From a virus (Duplodnaviria > Caudoviricetes): DNA of 64,000 nt. Below, one piece after another: positions 30,901-38,603 of this stretch; positions within the stretch are counted from its first letter, which is position 1, and every line of letters begins with the position of its first letter. The translations under genes and the position numbers were made by a program. The notes under the pieces are model-generated. The model was not told the origin of the DNA and searched no databases. It was given only the letters and a program-made list of their open reading frames with translations. The DNA lies in IMG/VR virus record IMGVR_UViG_3300037400_003286. One strand, given 5' to 3'.

Positions 30901-31935
30901 TATGTTACATTCGATACTGGAATCAAGAGAGACGGTAAGGAAGATAATATTATGTTCTACCTGTATCCTACATTAATCAAGGAAGGAAATGATCCAAAGA
31001 TTAATACCAATATGAAACATGGTATTATCATTTACTATAATGAGAATATATTCCAGGTTGTTCCAGCAGATTCAAAGGATGACATTGAAACAGCAATAAA
31101 GAATATAAATGATGCTCTTGTAAACGGAGGTCACATTGAGTCTTCAAGATTTGCTGTAGCACAGGGAGAAGGTGGCGAAGGATCTGGTAACAATGAGGTT
31201 GCGGCTAAAGTAAAGGCTGATATTGAATCTCTGTTCAAGATTGCTACTCCAGCAGAAGATGCTTCTACAAAGGCTCCAGTATTCGATGTAAAGGCACAGA
31301 AGGAAGGTAATGTTGAAATTACAGCACCTACAAACGCTGGTCCATCTACTAAGGTAAATGCTCATCTTAATGGATGTGAGATAGTTATAATGCTTGATAT
31401 AAACAACGGAAATGTAAAGGTTATTGCAAAATATAAGGGTGAGGATATTCCTGCACTTGACATTCCAGCTAAGAGTTTCAATGCTGATGTTCTTGTTAAA
31501 GGACTTGTTCAGTCAATAGAGAAAGCACCAAAGCAGGAATCTGTTAATGTTACATACAGCTTCGATTCAACTGTAAACGAAAGCTTATATACATCTACAG
31601 TAACAGTGAACCGTAAGTTTGACAAGAGAATGAGAAACTGGTACGTTCTTTCTGAGGCTGTATATGATGATGGATCAAACAAGGTTTCAAAACTTGACAA
31701 TCCAAGATTCGTAAAGGCTCTTCTTGAAAGATCAGACTGTGCATCATTCGCTAAATCATCAAGACTTGCTAAGTTCATGCCATATGACATCAAGCAGAGC
31801 TATCAGCTTATCTCTGAGAATATGTACACACCATCAGTTGCAACACCTCTTTATGAAAGCGTGCTTCTTGTTAAACTTGACAAGATGGATCGTGTAATCG
31901 AAAAGAACTATCTTGGTAAACATAAGATTGGCTAA
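27958..31935 (+). CDS. Large putative capsid-internal protein with membrane-like helices
   Basis: 1325 aa with VNED, LLNEG, LDES, INEK, LNEV, VNES, LYES motifs and two hydrophobic helices. The ATG abuts the GATAAATA promoter, so the true start may be 27985. Confidence 0.6.
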   Translation: MKDNFLDKKMRDLRSVNKVNEDNASGFHSNVVTTGFDRAVTGGNDAPLPVTMPQFKESIKKSKDILLGKKSNGGDMNVHDDHSIVNIDDHSVHIDNSVHHSSLGDGLAWFGTHWKEIAIVAGAAALILAISKLIKGLNKSIKIRYNRVVKTLQRAQKDFTLAEDGLNMKSVMPGVGSSINDWISRMWTGNWKSKKHKKGNIGLHPFCSQYIEEIEMDFRTAQEAFSKIKLGADESSVDNDRNTDASVGGAQHNVSTSAYSGKLYSSFHEAYSEELLNEGVAPEKLDESVLAMISAGVALASLAVRAGSFLYQRYKDGKPVGEPKQIQVTKESTREICYAIINNYTDKYVNMQQVFNELGIDSKSLADIDTSACDKLKDILKKYQKPEKNTYTKQYERIEKAYRKMLKHYYAIGDGIIANFVKYSEAKDEKHSNLIVASKEKLENMWDSQKDFYDNNFSHVLVEIVSSEAYINYLDFIIEKVIPVFKSGLASDADYVLDIVPKKGEYYLLRQTGNGQAVLGDQEVEKGNVAIAEVLGFDREEKKMKFKLIGLVKGNEGDYYELGDDGVATLSTDDIDYNAYKEHDEFNEDYSKWLALDPVLLDWTPEQNSDVYKRVVGEGKEKVTQFLYAKSGKEDKEKGYNTVYLVTTKGDSYEIIDAKLFKIDNYLQYSDFDNFVKTKSDNPEENMGFEDAYSDRIKKYFANYEGEKPVEPENVHTTEELVKKINEKKESDQKEDVNVKAESPLYARASHTKRGREIYEYMFAMIEADEESLGIPMKNRLNEVGDGDSSTGDASTGDASTGEGTPVIEPGTDNAKKDLVKTIFVCNIDVSSGKTIADPANENKFDGSSIEIDPACSIDDVNKKAEELEFTKVDKNAAKIKQIILGNILKQTGSVQKASSGKVAIDQLDKAIEEMENREGASDKLSNDAGEIAQKILDEYNKLGVGDDWFEVTPFNKPSGSGFIKGLGKPYLVKKEKMQKPYVTFDTGIKRDGKEDNIMFYLYPTLIKEGNDPKINTNMKHGIIIYYNENIFQVVPADSKDDIETAIKNINDALVNGGHIESSRFAVAQGEGGEGSGNNEVAAKVKADIESLFKIATPAEDASTKAPVFDVKAQKEGNVEITAPTNAGPSTKVNAHLNGCEIVIMLDINNGNVKVIAKYKGEDIPALDIPAKSFNADVLVKGLVQSIEKAPKQESVNVTYSFDSTVNESLYTSTVTVNRKFDKRMRNWYVLSEAVYDDGSNKVSKLDNPRFVKALLERSDCASFAKSSRLAKFMPYDIKQSYQLISENMYTPSVATPLYESVLLVKLDKMDRVIEKNYLGKHKIG

Positions 31936-31940
31936 TCGAA

Positions 31941-32744
31941 ATGACCAATAAAGATACAATGAAATATTATCGTGACGGTATCCTGGAAACACTCCAGGAT
32001 ATCGACCATGATCGATACTATAAACTCAATATATCAAAAGAATCGATTGTAAGGCTTTTGAATCTTACTGAGGCATATTCTATCACCGCTAACAGTTTAA
32101 GCGATTCTGAGGCGATTAACGAGGCTCTATCGCTTTCAAAGAAGACTGAAGCAATTATCAAGGAATATAACTTCAGAAAGAATTGCATAAAGGAAGGTTT
32201 CTACAATCCATTCGATGAGGTTGATGACCATAGTATTGACACACGATATGAGGAAGTGGTTGATATAGATCCAAGCAAGGATATGAAAATATCCAACATA
32301 AGACTGTGGAACAACAACACCGATAACAAGATTATGTATAAAGGTGGAAGAATGATTGCTGGACAGTTCTTTGGTAAAGGAGATCATATAGAGACATGTC
32401 CTATAAGACTGATATATGAGAAGGATCTGTATTCTGAAAACATAAGGGACTTTGCATTCACGATAGACAAAAGTAAAGGAATATATGCAATACCATTCGG
32501 ATATGCAAGTTTTTACAGGAATTCAAAATCCTGCAATGTTGAACCAAACGCTGATTATGAATATGTTGATGATCCGAATGGATCATATATAAAGATATTT
32601 GCTATTAATAACATCAAGAAAGGTAACGAGATTGTACTTGTAGCTGATGATTCTGATTTCGCTAATGAGATAAAACCAGGACAGTTTGAATATAACAGAG
32701 ACGAGGTTCCATTCCGTTCAGTCAAGAATGTAAGGATAGCTTAA
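31941..32744 (+). CDS. SET-domain (vSET-like) protein lysine methyltransferase homologue
   Basis: GGRMIAGQFFGKGDHIETCP...AIPFGYASFYRNS...EPNA...IKIFAINNIKKGNEIVL follows the SET consensus; the NHS motif and terminal Tyr are altered. Confidence 0.75.
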   Translation: MTNKDTMKYYRDGILETLQDIDHDRYYKLNISKESIVRLLNLTEAYSITANSLSDSEAINEALSLSKKTEAIIKEYNFRKNCIKEGFYNPFDEVDDHSIDTRYEEVVDIDPSKDMKISNIRLWNNNTDNKIMYKGGRMIAGQFFGKGDHIETCPIRLIYEKDLYSENIRDFAFTIDKSKGIYAIPFGYASFYRNSKSCNVEPNADYEYVDDPNGSYIKIFAINNIKKGNEIVLVADDSDFANEIKPGQFEYNRDEVPFRSVKNVRIA

Positions 32745-32779
32745 AAACAGATAAATAGTAAAAGTTAACGTTAACATAA

Positions 32780-33265
32780 ATGAAATCATTTGAAAACGTA
32801 TATAATACATCTAAGAATGTAGCACTTAACGAGCAGCAGAAGGTTTTCGCTGCTGACAAGGCTAAGTTGCTTGCTGCCATTAAGCATGAGTATGGTGTAA
32901 AGGATTTCAACTCATTAAGCGAGGCTGAGAAATCATCTTATAAGTCAATGCTTAATGAAATGTGGAATTCATCTACAGGTATGACTGAGAAAGGTATTGC
33001 TTTCCTGAATGAGAGCAAGGCTGTACTTACGGAACAATCAACTGACGAGCAGATCGAGAAGTATTTCAAGAAGGAGTTCAAGGCTTGTGTAGAGAATGCT
33101 GTACAGGCTATGGCTTCAGGTAAGGAATGCGGATGCTGCAAGGAAATCAAGGCTAAGGTTGAAGCAGATACAAAGAAGAAATTGTCTAACAAGGTTGCAA
33201 AGCAGTGGATGTACGCTGTTTGTTGTGACTACATCGGCTCAAAGATTAAGTCAATCAAGTTTTAA
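32780..33265 (+). CDS. Small prohead core/internal protein
   Basis: Dense LNE/LTE/LSE motifs, late promoter, high-expression codon bias. Confidence 0.55.
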   Translation: MKSFENVYNTSKNVALNEQQKVFAADKAKLLAAIKHEYGVKDFNSLSEAEKSSYKSMLNEMWNSSTGMTEKGIAFLNESKAVLTEQSTDEQIEKYFKKEFKACVENAVQAMASGKECGCCKEIKAKVEADTKKKLSNKVAKQWMYAVCCDYIGSKIKSIKF

Positions 33266-33299
33266 TCATAAGCTCTAAACCAAATATAATCTATAGGTT

Positions 33300-33833
33300 A
33301 TGAAATTTAATAAAGACGTTTTCCTTAATGAGATTGTAGAGAAGGTTCAGAGTGCTATCGATAAGAACCTTATAACACAAGAGGATGTTCAGAACAATGA
33401 TATTGAACGTCTTCACGGTTTCGTTCAGTATGAGTTGCTGAACTATATCGAGGACAGAAAGTTTGCTATCGATGTGTTGAAGGATTTCAACTTCGATGAG
33501 AGAAAGGACTGGAGAGACTTGCAGGAAGAGTATGGTGAGTTCAGAAGCCTCATGGATATTGCATTGGTTAACCTTTGGAAATATCTTGAGACAGAAGGAG
33601 CTACTAAGTACAGTTACTATGAGCATGATACTAAGAAGACAGATAACATGCTTGATCTCGTACATGACAAGGAGGATTTCCAGGATCCAAGAGAAGGTGA
33701 TAATCAGGATGTAACTCCTGGTGAGAAGTTGGATCAGCCAGAAATTTCATTCAATGCTCTTGGTGGAAATGATGATTCTGAACAATACGAAAATCCAAAA
33801 CCTAAGAGAAAAATAAGAATAGCCAAGCCATAA
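33300..33833 (+). CDS. Hypothetical acidic protein
   Basis: 177-aa ORF in the head operon; FLNEI. Confidence 0.6.
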   Translation: MKFNKDVFLNEIVEKVQSAIDKNLITQEDVQNNDIERLHGFVQYELLNYIEDRKFAIDVLKDFNFDERKDWRDLQEEYGEFRSLMDIALVNLWKYLETEGATKYSYYEHDTKKTDNMLDLVHDKEDFQDPREGDNQDVTPGEKLDQPEISFNALGGNDDSEQYENPKPKRKIRIAKP

Positions 33834-33869
33834 TAAAATTTAATTTTTAAAAAATAGGATAATTATAAC

Positions 33870-34574
33870 ATGGCAACTAGAGTAAAAACAAAAACCGTAA
33901 ATCTTGGTAGACTTCCTGTATATTGTGGTGCGTGGGGCGATCGTGTTTCGTATCATAAATACAATATTGTCACATATTATGGCTCTTCATTTATAAATCT
34001 TGTAGAAGGAAACGCAAAATATCCAGTACAAATATCATTTGATGCTAGTAATAGACTTGAATCTTATAAGTTTGAAGATTCGAGTGGTGGATGGACTGGA
34101 TGGATGTTTGTTGCAAATTCGTATGATGCATCGATATATGCCACAAAAATGGGAGATTATGCAAAATACGAAGGAGAACGAGCACAAAATATGGTAGATG
34201 AAAATTTCTTTACACTTGATGTTGAAGATGACGGCGATATTGTTGTTACATATTCAAGAAATGGTGATGGAAATATCAAGAATGCTTATATTGAACAAGA
34301 CGGTGATATAATACTGGAATATGAATATAGTACATATCGAGAGGTTATATTCAATATGAAGACAAATGTTGGATTATATCCAGCTGCTGGTTTTGTTGTA
34401 AATGTACAATCAACATCAAAAAATTATACAGTATTGTATTATAATAAAGATGAGAAATACATAGAATGTAAATATAATGATGTAACCAATCTTCCACAAA
34501 CTGGAATTCTTGAATTTAGAACACCAGATAATGTATTACACACACAAGAATATAATAGTTTTATAGTTCAATAA
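33870..34574 (+). CDS. Hypothetical virion appendage protein
   Basis: N-terminus NLGRLPVYCGAW...VTYYGSSF is homologous to NIGRIPVYFGDY...VTLYGSEF of 53403..54374. Confidence 0.55.
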   Translation: MATRVKTKTVNLGRLPVYCGAWGDRVSYHKYNIVTYYGSSFINLVEGNAKYPVQISFDASNRLESYKFEDSSGGWTGWMFVANSYDASIYATKMGDYAKYEGERAQNMVDENFFTLDVEDDGDIVVTYSRNGDGNIKNAYIEQDGDIILEYEYSTYREVIFNMKTNVGLYPAAGFVVNVQSTSKNYTVLYYNKDEKYIECKYNDVTNLPQTGILEFRTPDNVLHTQEYNSFIVQ

Positions 34575-34576
34575 GA

Positions 34577-34604
34577 AAAAAAGCAGATAAAAATCTGCTT
34601 TTTT
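34577..34604. terminator. Intrinsic (bidirectional) terminator
   Basis: aaaaaagcagat-aaaa-atctgctttttt. Confidence 0.85.
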
Positions 34605-34716
34605 GATTATACATTATTGCAAATATACAACTTTTCATAAAAAATAAGAAAATAAATAGAAAGTAATATCATTTTCAAGAAAGATAAATAATGAAAAGAT
34701 AATTCGTAACGCAATA

Positions 34717-36420
34717 ATGAAGAATTTAATGGTTTGCGGAAACGCAAATAAAGCTTTGAAGTTGAACGAATCCGAAAGCACAAAGGAGAGATACATACTT
34801 GAAGGTCTCTTTGCTGGCCCTTTTGGAGTAGAGAACCGTAATAAGCGAATCTATCAGGTTGACGAATATCTGAAGCATTTACAATATCTGCGTGATGACA
34901 TAAAGAACGGTGAACCGCTTCTTGGTGAACTCGACCATCCAGACGATCGTTTCGAGGTTAAAATGAAGGAAGTATCACACAGGATATTGGATCTTTGGTA
35001 TGATAAGGCATCTAATACAATACAAGGTAAGCTTGAGCTTCTGAACACACCAAACGGTAAGCTTGCACAATCACTTGTTGATCAGGGTATTCCCCTTCAT
35101 ATTTCATCTCGTGCAGCAGGTTCAGTTAATCCAGACAAGACTGTATCTATTCAGCAGATTTATACATTCGACCTTGTATGTAAACCTGGATTTGCAAACG
35201 CTGTACTACACAGGGTTAATGAATCGGAGCAACAACAAGAGTACACTGAAGACGTTAAGAAATTCCTAACTGAGTCTGAACGTGCAGAATCAATGAATGT
35301 AGCTCCACAGTTTGGAATGGTAAACGAAGACGTTACTATTACTGAAGTTTCATCGGAAGTCAATCTCAGGGAAGAGGCAAGGGAAATTAAGGAAAACAAC
35401 AACACTGATGATATGATTGAAAAAACAAATGTTATATCTGAGGAGGAAATGAAGCAGGAAGATAAGGTCAATATCTCTGAAGCTGATGACAAAGAGAAAA
35501 AGACTGAAGACAATGCTGATGATAACGCCGATGATAACAACGACGAGAACGACAATGACACCGATGACGATAACAACGAAGAAGGTGTAGAGATAATTTC
35601 AGTACGTGCAGAAACTGATTCAGATGAAGATAAATCTGAGGATGAAGTCAACATTGAGGATGTAAAGGCAGAGGATTCTGACAATGACGAAGACAAGGAT
35701 AAGTCAGAGGAAGACGAAGATGGTAAAAAATCCGATAATGAAGATAGCACAGACGAATCAGAGAACACAGATGAATGTAACAAAACAGCAGACGAGAAGA
35801 AAGTAACAGATACAGATGATAAGGAAAAGGAAATGCTTCTTGACTGCGACGAACTGAAAGAACGTAAGGAAAAATTCGAGGACAAGTTGGATTCCCTCAT
35901 AGACACTATAAAAACAAAAGGCGAGAAGAAGAAGACCGACGAATCCCACACTATAAATAAGTATCCTATTTCAAGTTTACTCAACGAGTCTAATTTTGCT
36001 GGTTTCATGGGTTTGAATGAATCTCAGAAAAACAATGTGATTACTTATCTGCAAGACCATAATATGATGACAATCGAAAGCGTAAATGAGAATTGGAAGA
36101 AAGGAATAGACTACAACACTGAGGAAGAAGTGTGGCTGAAATATGCACCTCAGAACTATAAGCAGTTGTACGAGAACGCATCAGACGAAGTTAAGAACTC
36201 TATTAAGACTACAGCATCGTTTATGTTGTTCGAGAATAAGTACGACATTGTTAACTTCTGGGAAAACACAGGTCTTGCCTATAATGAAAGTAGAAACGTC
36301 CTTAATGAAAATTTCATAAACAATATGCCTAAGATTGTAACTGAACCTGAACAGAATACACTGCCTTATGGCAATGATTTCATCAAGGCTGTTACTGAAA
36401 TGGCATGCGAATATAACTAA
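34717..36420 (+). CDS. gp21: Prohead protease (T4 gp21-like) fused to an acidic scaffold-like region
   Basis: YILEGLF, NRNKRIY, LGELDHP, VSHRI, LLNTPNG, ISSRAAGS, FDLVCKPGF, followed by about 400 aa of acidic, LNES-rich sequence. Confidence 0.9.
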   Translation: MKNLMVCGNANKALKLNESESTKERYILEGLFAGPFGVENRNKRIYQVDEYLKHLQYLRDDIKNGEPLLGELDHPDDRFEVKMKEVSHRILDLWYDKASNTIQGKLELLNTPNGKLAQSLVDQGIPLHISSRAAGSVNPDKTVSIQQIYTFDLVCKPGFANAVLHRVNESEQQQEYTEDVKKFLTESERAESMNVAPQFGMVNEDVTITEVSSEVNLREEAREIKENNNTDDMIEKTNVISEEEMKQEDKVNISEADDKEKKTEDNADDNADDNNDENDNDTDDDNNEEGVEIISVRAETDSDEDKSEDEVNIEDVKAEDSDNDEDKDKSEEDEDGKKSDNEDSTDESENTDECNKTADEKKVTDTDDKEKEMLLDCDELKERKEKFEDKLDSLIDTIKTKGEKKKTDESHTINKYPISSLLNESNFAGFMGLNESQKNNVITYLQDHNMMTIESVNENWKKGIDYNTEEEVWLKYAPQNYKQLYENASDEVKNSIKTTASFMLFENKYDIVNFWENTGLAYNESRNVLNENFINNMPKIVTEPEQNTLPYGNDFIKAVTEMACEYN

Positions 36421-36555
36421 ATTCGCACAATTTCTGGCTAAAATAGAGCAAAAATGCTAAAAATAACCTATTTTCAACAAAATAAATGTTGAATAAATAA
36501 ATTGAATAACTAATTTAACCAGAAATTTCATAACAAAACAAATTAAAAAGATAAA

Positions 36556-38322
36556 ATGGCTAAAAATAAAGTAAACATTGCTGCTATTTGTGAAGCTTGG
36601 GGTCCTGCCGTTAAGACTATCACAAAGAACGCAATCAATGAGTCAAGCTCTAAGTTTGAGTGGATGTGTGAATATGCACACAATCACAGCATGGCTCTGA
36701 ACGAAGAGGCTATTGGTGGTGCAACTTTCCCATTCAATACTCTTTATAACACTAATGGTATTGGTAACGCTGTTCCTGCACAGCAAGCTGGTATGACTGC
36801 TGTTGATCAGGGTTCTGCTGCATCTAAGGGTTCTGGTGACAAGTGGCCTGCTCTTCTGCCTATGGCACTTCAGGTTGCTGCTCGCACAGTAGGTTTCGAC
36901 CTCGTTAACACTATCCCAACTCAGGGTCCAACTTACGTTCTTCCTTTCTTGGATTACGTATACTCTGGTTCTAAGGATGCTTACGGTGCAACTCCTTCTT
37001 ACAACGGTGCAACCGCTAATCCTAAGATCGGTACTAAGCTCGGTTCTAAGGTAGATCCTGCTTACGAACTTTATGAGGCTCCTCACGCATTCCGTTGCAA
37101 GCTCGTTGCTGACTCTTCTAAGTCTGACATCCTTGCTGCAATGAAGGACGCTAGCGCAGGTTTCGCTATTGAGGGAACTGACGCTTCTATCAACGTACAG
37201 TACATCGGCCTTACTCGTATCTCTGCTGATCCTATGTTCAAGGTGATGGCTGATTCAAAGAACGTTGCTCTTGGTTCTGTATTCGGACCTGAGGCTTCTG
37301 TTAAGGTTACTCTCGGTGGATTCACATTCAAGCTTGAGCGTCCTCGTCTGATTTCTGCTCTTGAGGATCAGATCCAGGGATTCACTGGTGCTGGTAAGTA
37401 TGATTCTGATGCTTGGACTGGAACATTCCAGAGCGATGAGCATCTGTATGAGCCAATGGATCGTGCGACTGGTGAGATGCAGTACCCACGTCAGATGAGC
37501 TTGAAGGTATTCACTAAGTTCGGTCAGGTAGGTACACAGTCTGTTGCTGTTGCTGTTACTCAGGAACAAGTTCAGGATCTTCAGAAGCAGTGGGGTATCG
37601 ACGTTCTTAAGCTCGTTGAGAATGCTGCTATCAATGAACTCTCTCAGAGTATCAACAAGCACATCCTGAGCCGTCTGTTCGCTCTTGGTTGGAGAAACCA
37701 CGTTGAGGCTTACGAGTCTGAAGGTGTTAACTTGAACATTAGCCTTACTGGTGTTGATACAGCTAAGACTTGTGTTACATATTTCGATGACGTTGATAAC
37801 GAGGTTAAGGTTACAATGCCTGTTCCTGCATTCGCTAAGTTCGGTGATTTCGAGAACTCTGACACTGTATTCAAGAAGGTTGGTGTTAACCTGCTCGCTG
37901 CTGGTAACTTGATCATGAATCGTGGTCGTAGAGGTCCTGCTAACTTCATCGTTACTAACTGGAAACTCGCTACTATCCTTCAGAGTAACTCACAGTATGC
38001 ATTCAGCCCTATCGCTAATACTTTGAACCAGAACAACGGTTCTCTGTATCCTGCTGGTACAATCGCTGGTATGACTCTGTACGTTGATCCTCTGATGGCT
38101 ACATATGACACTCGTGTCCTTGTAGGTCGTAAGGGTGACAAGCAGGAGCCTGGTGTGGTTATGTGCCCTTATATTATGGCTGAGTCTGTAAGACTCATCG
38201 CTGAGCACACAGCTAGCCCGAAGGTCATTGTAAAATCAAGATACAATTTAGTCGATCTTGGTTTCTGGCCTGAGCTTGGGTATGTTACATTCTTTGTTCA
38301 GACTCCTGATACAATTGTGTAA
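36556..38322 (+). CDS. gp23: Major capsid protein (T4 gp23-like)
   Basis: Follows the protease; strongest codon bias in the window; TQEQVQDLQKQWGID, ELSQSINKHIL, RRGPANFIV, AGTIAGMTLYVDP, VMCPYI, KSRY. Confidence 0.92.
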   Translation: MAKNKVNIAAICEAWGPAVKTITKNAINESSSKFEWMCEYAHNHSMALNEEAIGGATFPFNTLYNTNGIGNAVPAQQAGMTAVDQGSAASKGSGDKWPALLPMALQVAARTVGFDLVNTIPTQGPTYVLPFLDYVYSGSKDAYGATPSYNGATANPKIGTKLGSKVDPAYELYEAPHAFRCKLVADSSKSDILAAMKDASAGFAIEGTDASINVQYIGLTRISADPMFKVMADSKNVALGSVFGPEASVKVTLGGFTFKLERPRLISALEDQIQGFTGAGKYDSDAWTGTFQSDEHLYEPMDRATGEMQYPRQMSLKVFTKFGQVGTQSVAVAVTQEQVQDLQKQWGIDVLKLVENAAINELSQSINKHILSRLFALGWRNHVEAYESEGVNLNISLTGVDTAKTCVTYFDDVDNEVKVTMPVPAFAKFGDFENSDTVFKKVGVNLLAAGNLIMNRGRRGPANFIVTNWKLATILQSNSQYAFSPIANTLNQNNGSLYPAGTIAGMTLYVDPLMATYDTRVLVGRKGDKQEPGVVMCPYIMAESVRLIAEHTASPKVIVKSRYNLVDLGFWPELGYVTFFVQTPDTIV

Positions 38323-38344
38323 TTTAATTCATCAAAATATTAAG

Positions 38345-38378
38345 ATGGCTGAATTCAATAGAGTTTGGCCATTTTTTA
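38345..38378 (+). terminator. Terminator of the major capsid gene
   Basis: atggctgaattc-aata-gagtttggccat plus a T-run. Confidence 0.8.
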
Positions 38379-38462
38379 TTTTAATAAAATTTAATATTAA
38401 TTATTTTCATATTTAAATAAAAAGTTGTATATTTGAAATAAGAATAAATATATTGTTAATGA

Positions 38463-38585
38463 TGGACAGATTAATATTGTAGCGGGTATTCATTTGTCTA
38501 TATAGAAATATATAAAAGAGGATTCATTTTTTGTTCTTCCTGCTACTTTAAAGAACTTAAAATGTTTCCTCTTTTTCTTTATATA
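38463..38585 (+). ncRNA. Putative kissing-loop RNA structure in the leader of the GIY-YIG gene
   Basis: Hairpins at 38463-38500 and 38514-38575 have complementary loops (GTAGCGGG and CCTGCTAC); a TATA-GAAA-TATA mini-hairpin lies between them. Confidence 0.65.
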
Positions 38586-38603
38586 AAGTAAAATCATAAA
38601 AAT

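Noticed and set aside
35160-36008. 282-aa Ser-rich antisense ORF
   Set aside because: Mirror of the Asp/Glu-rich scaffold codons.
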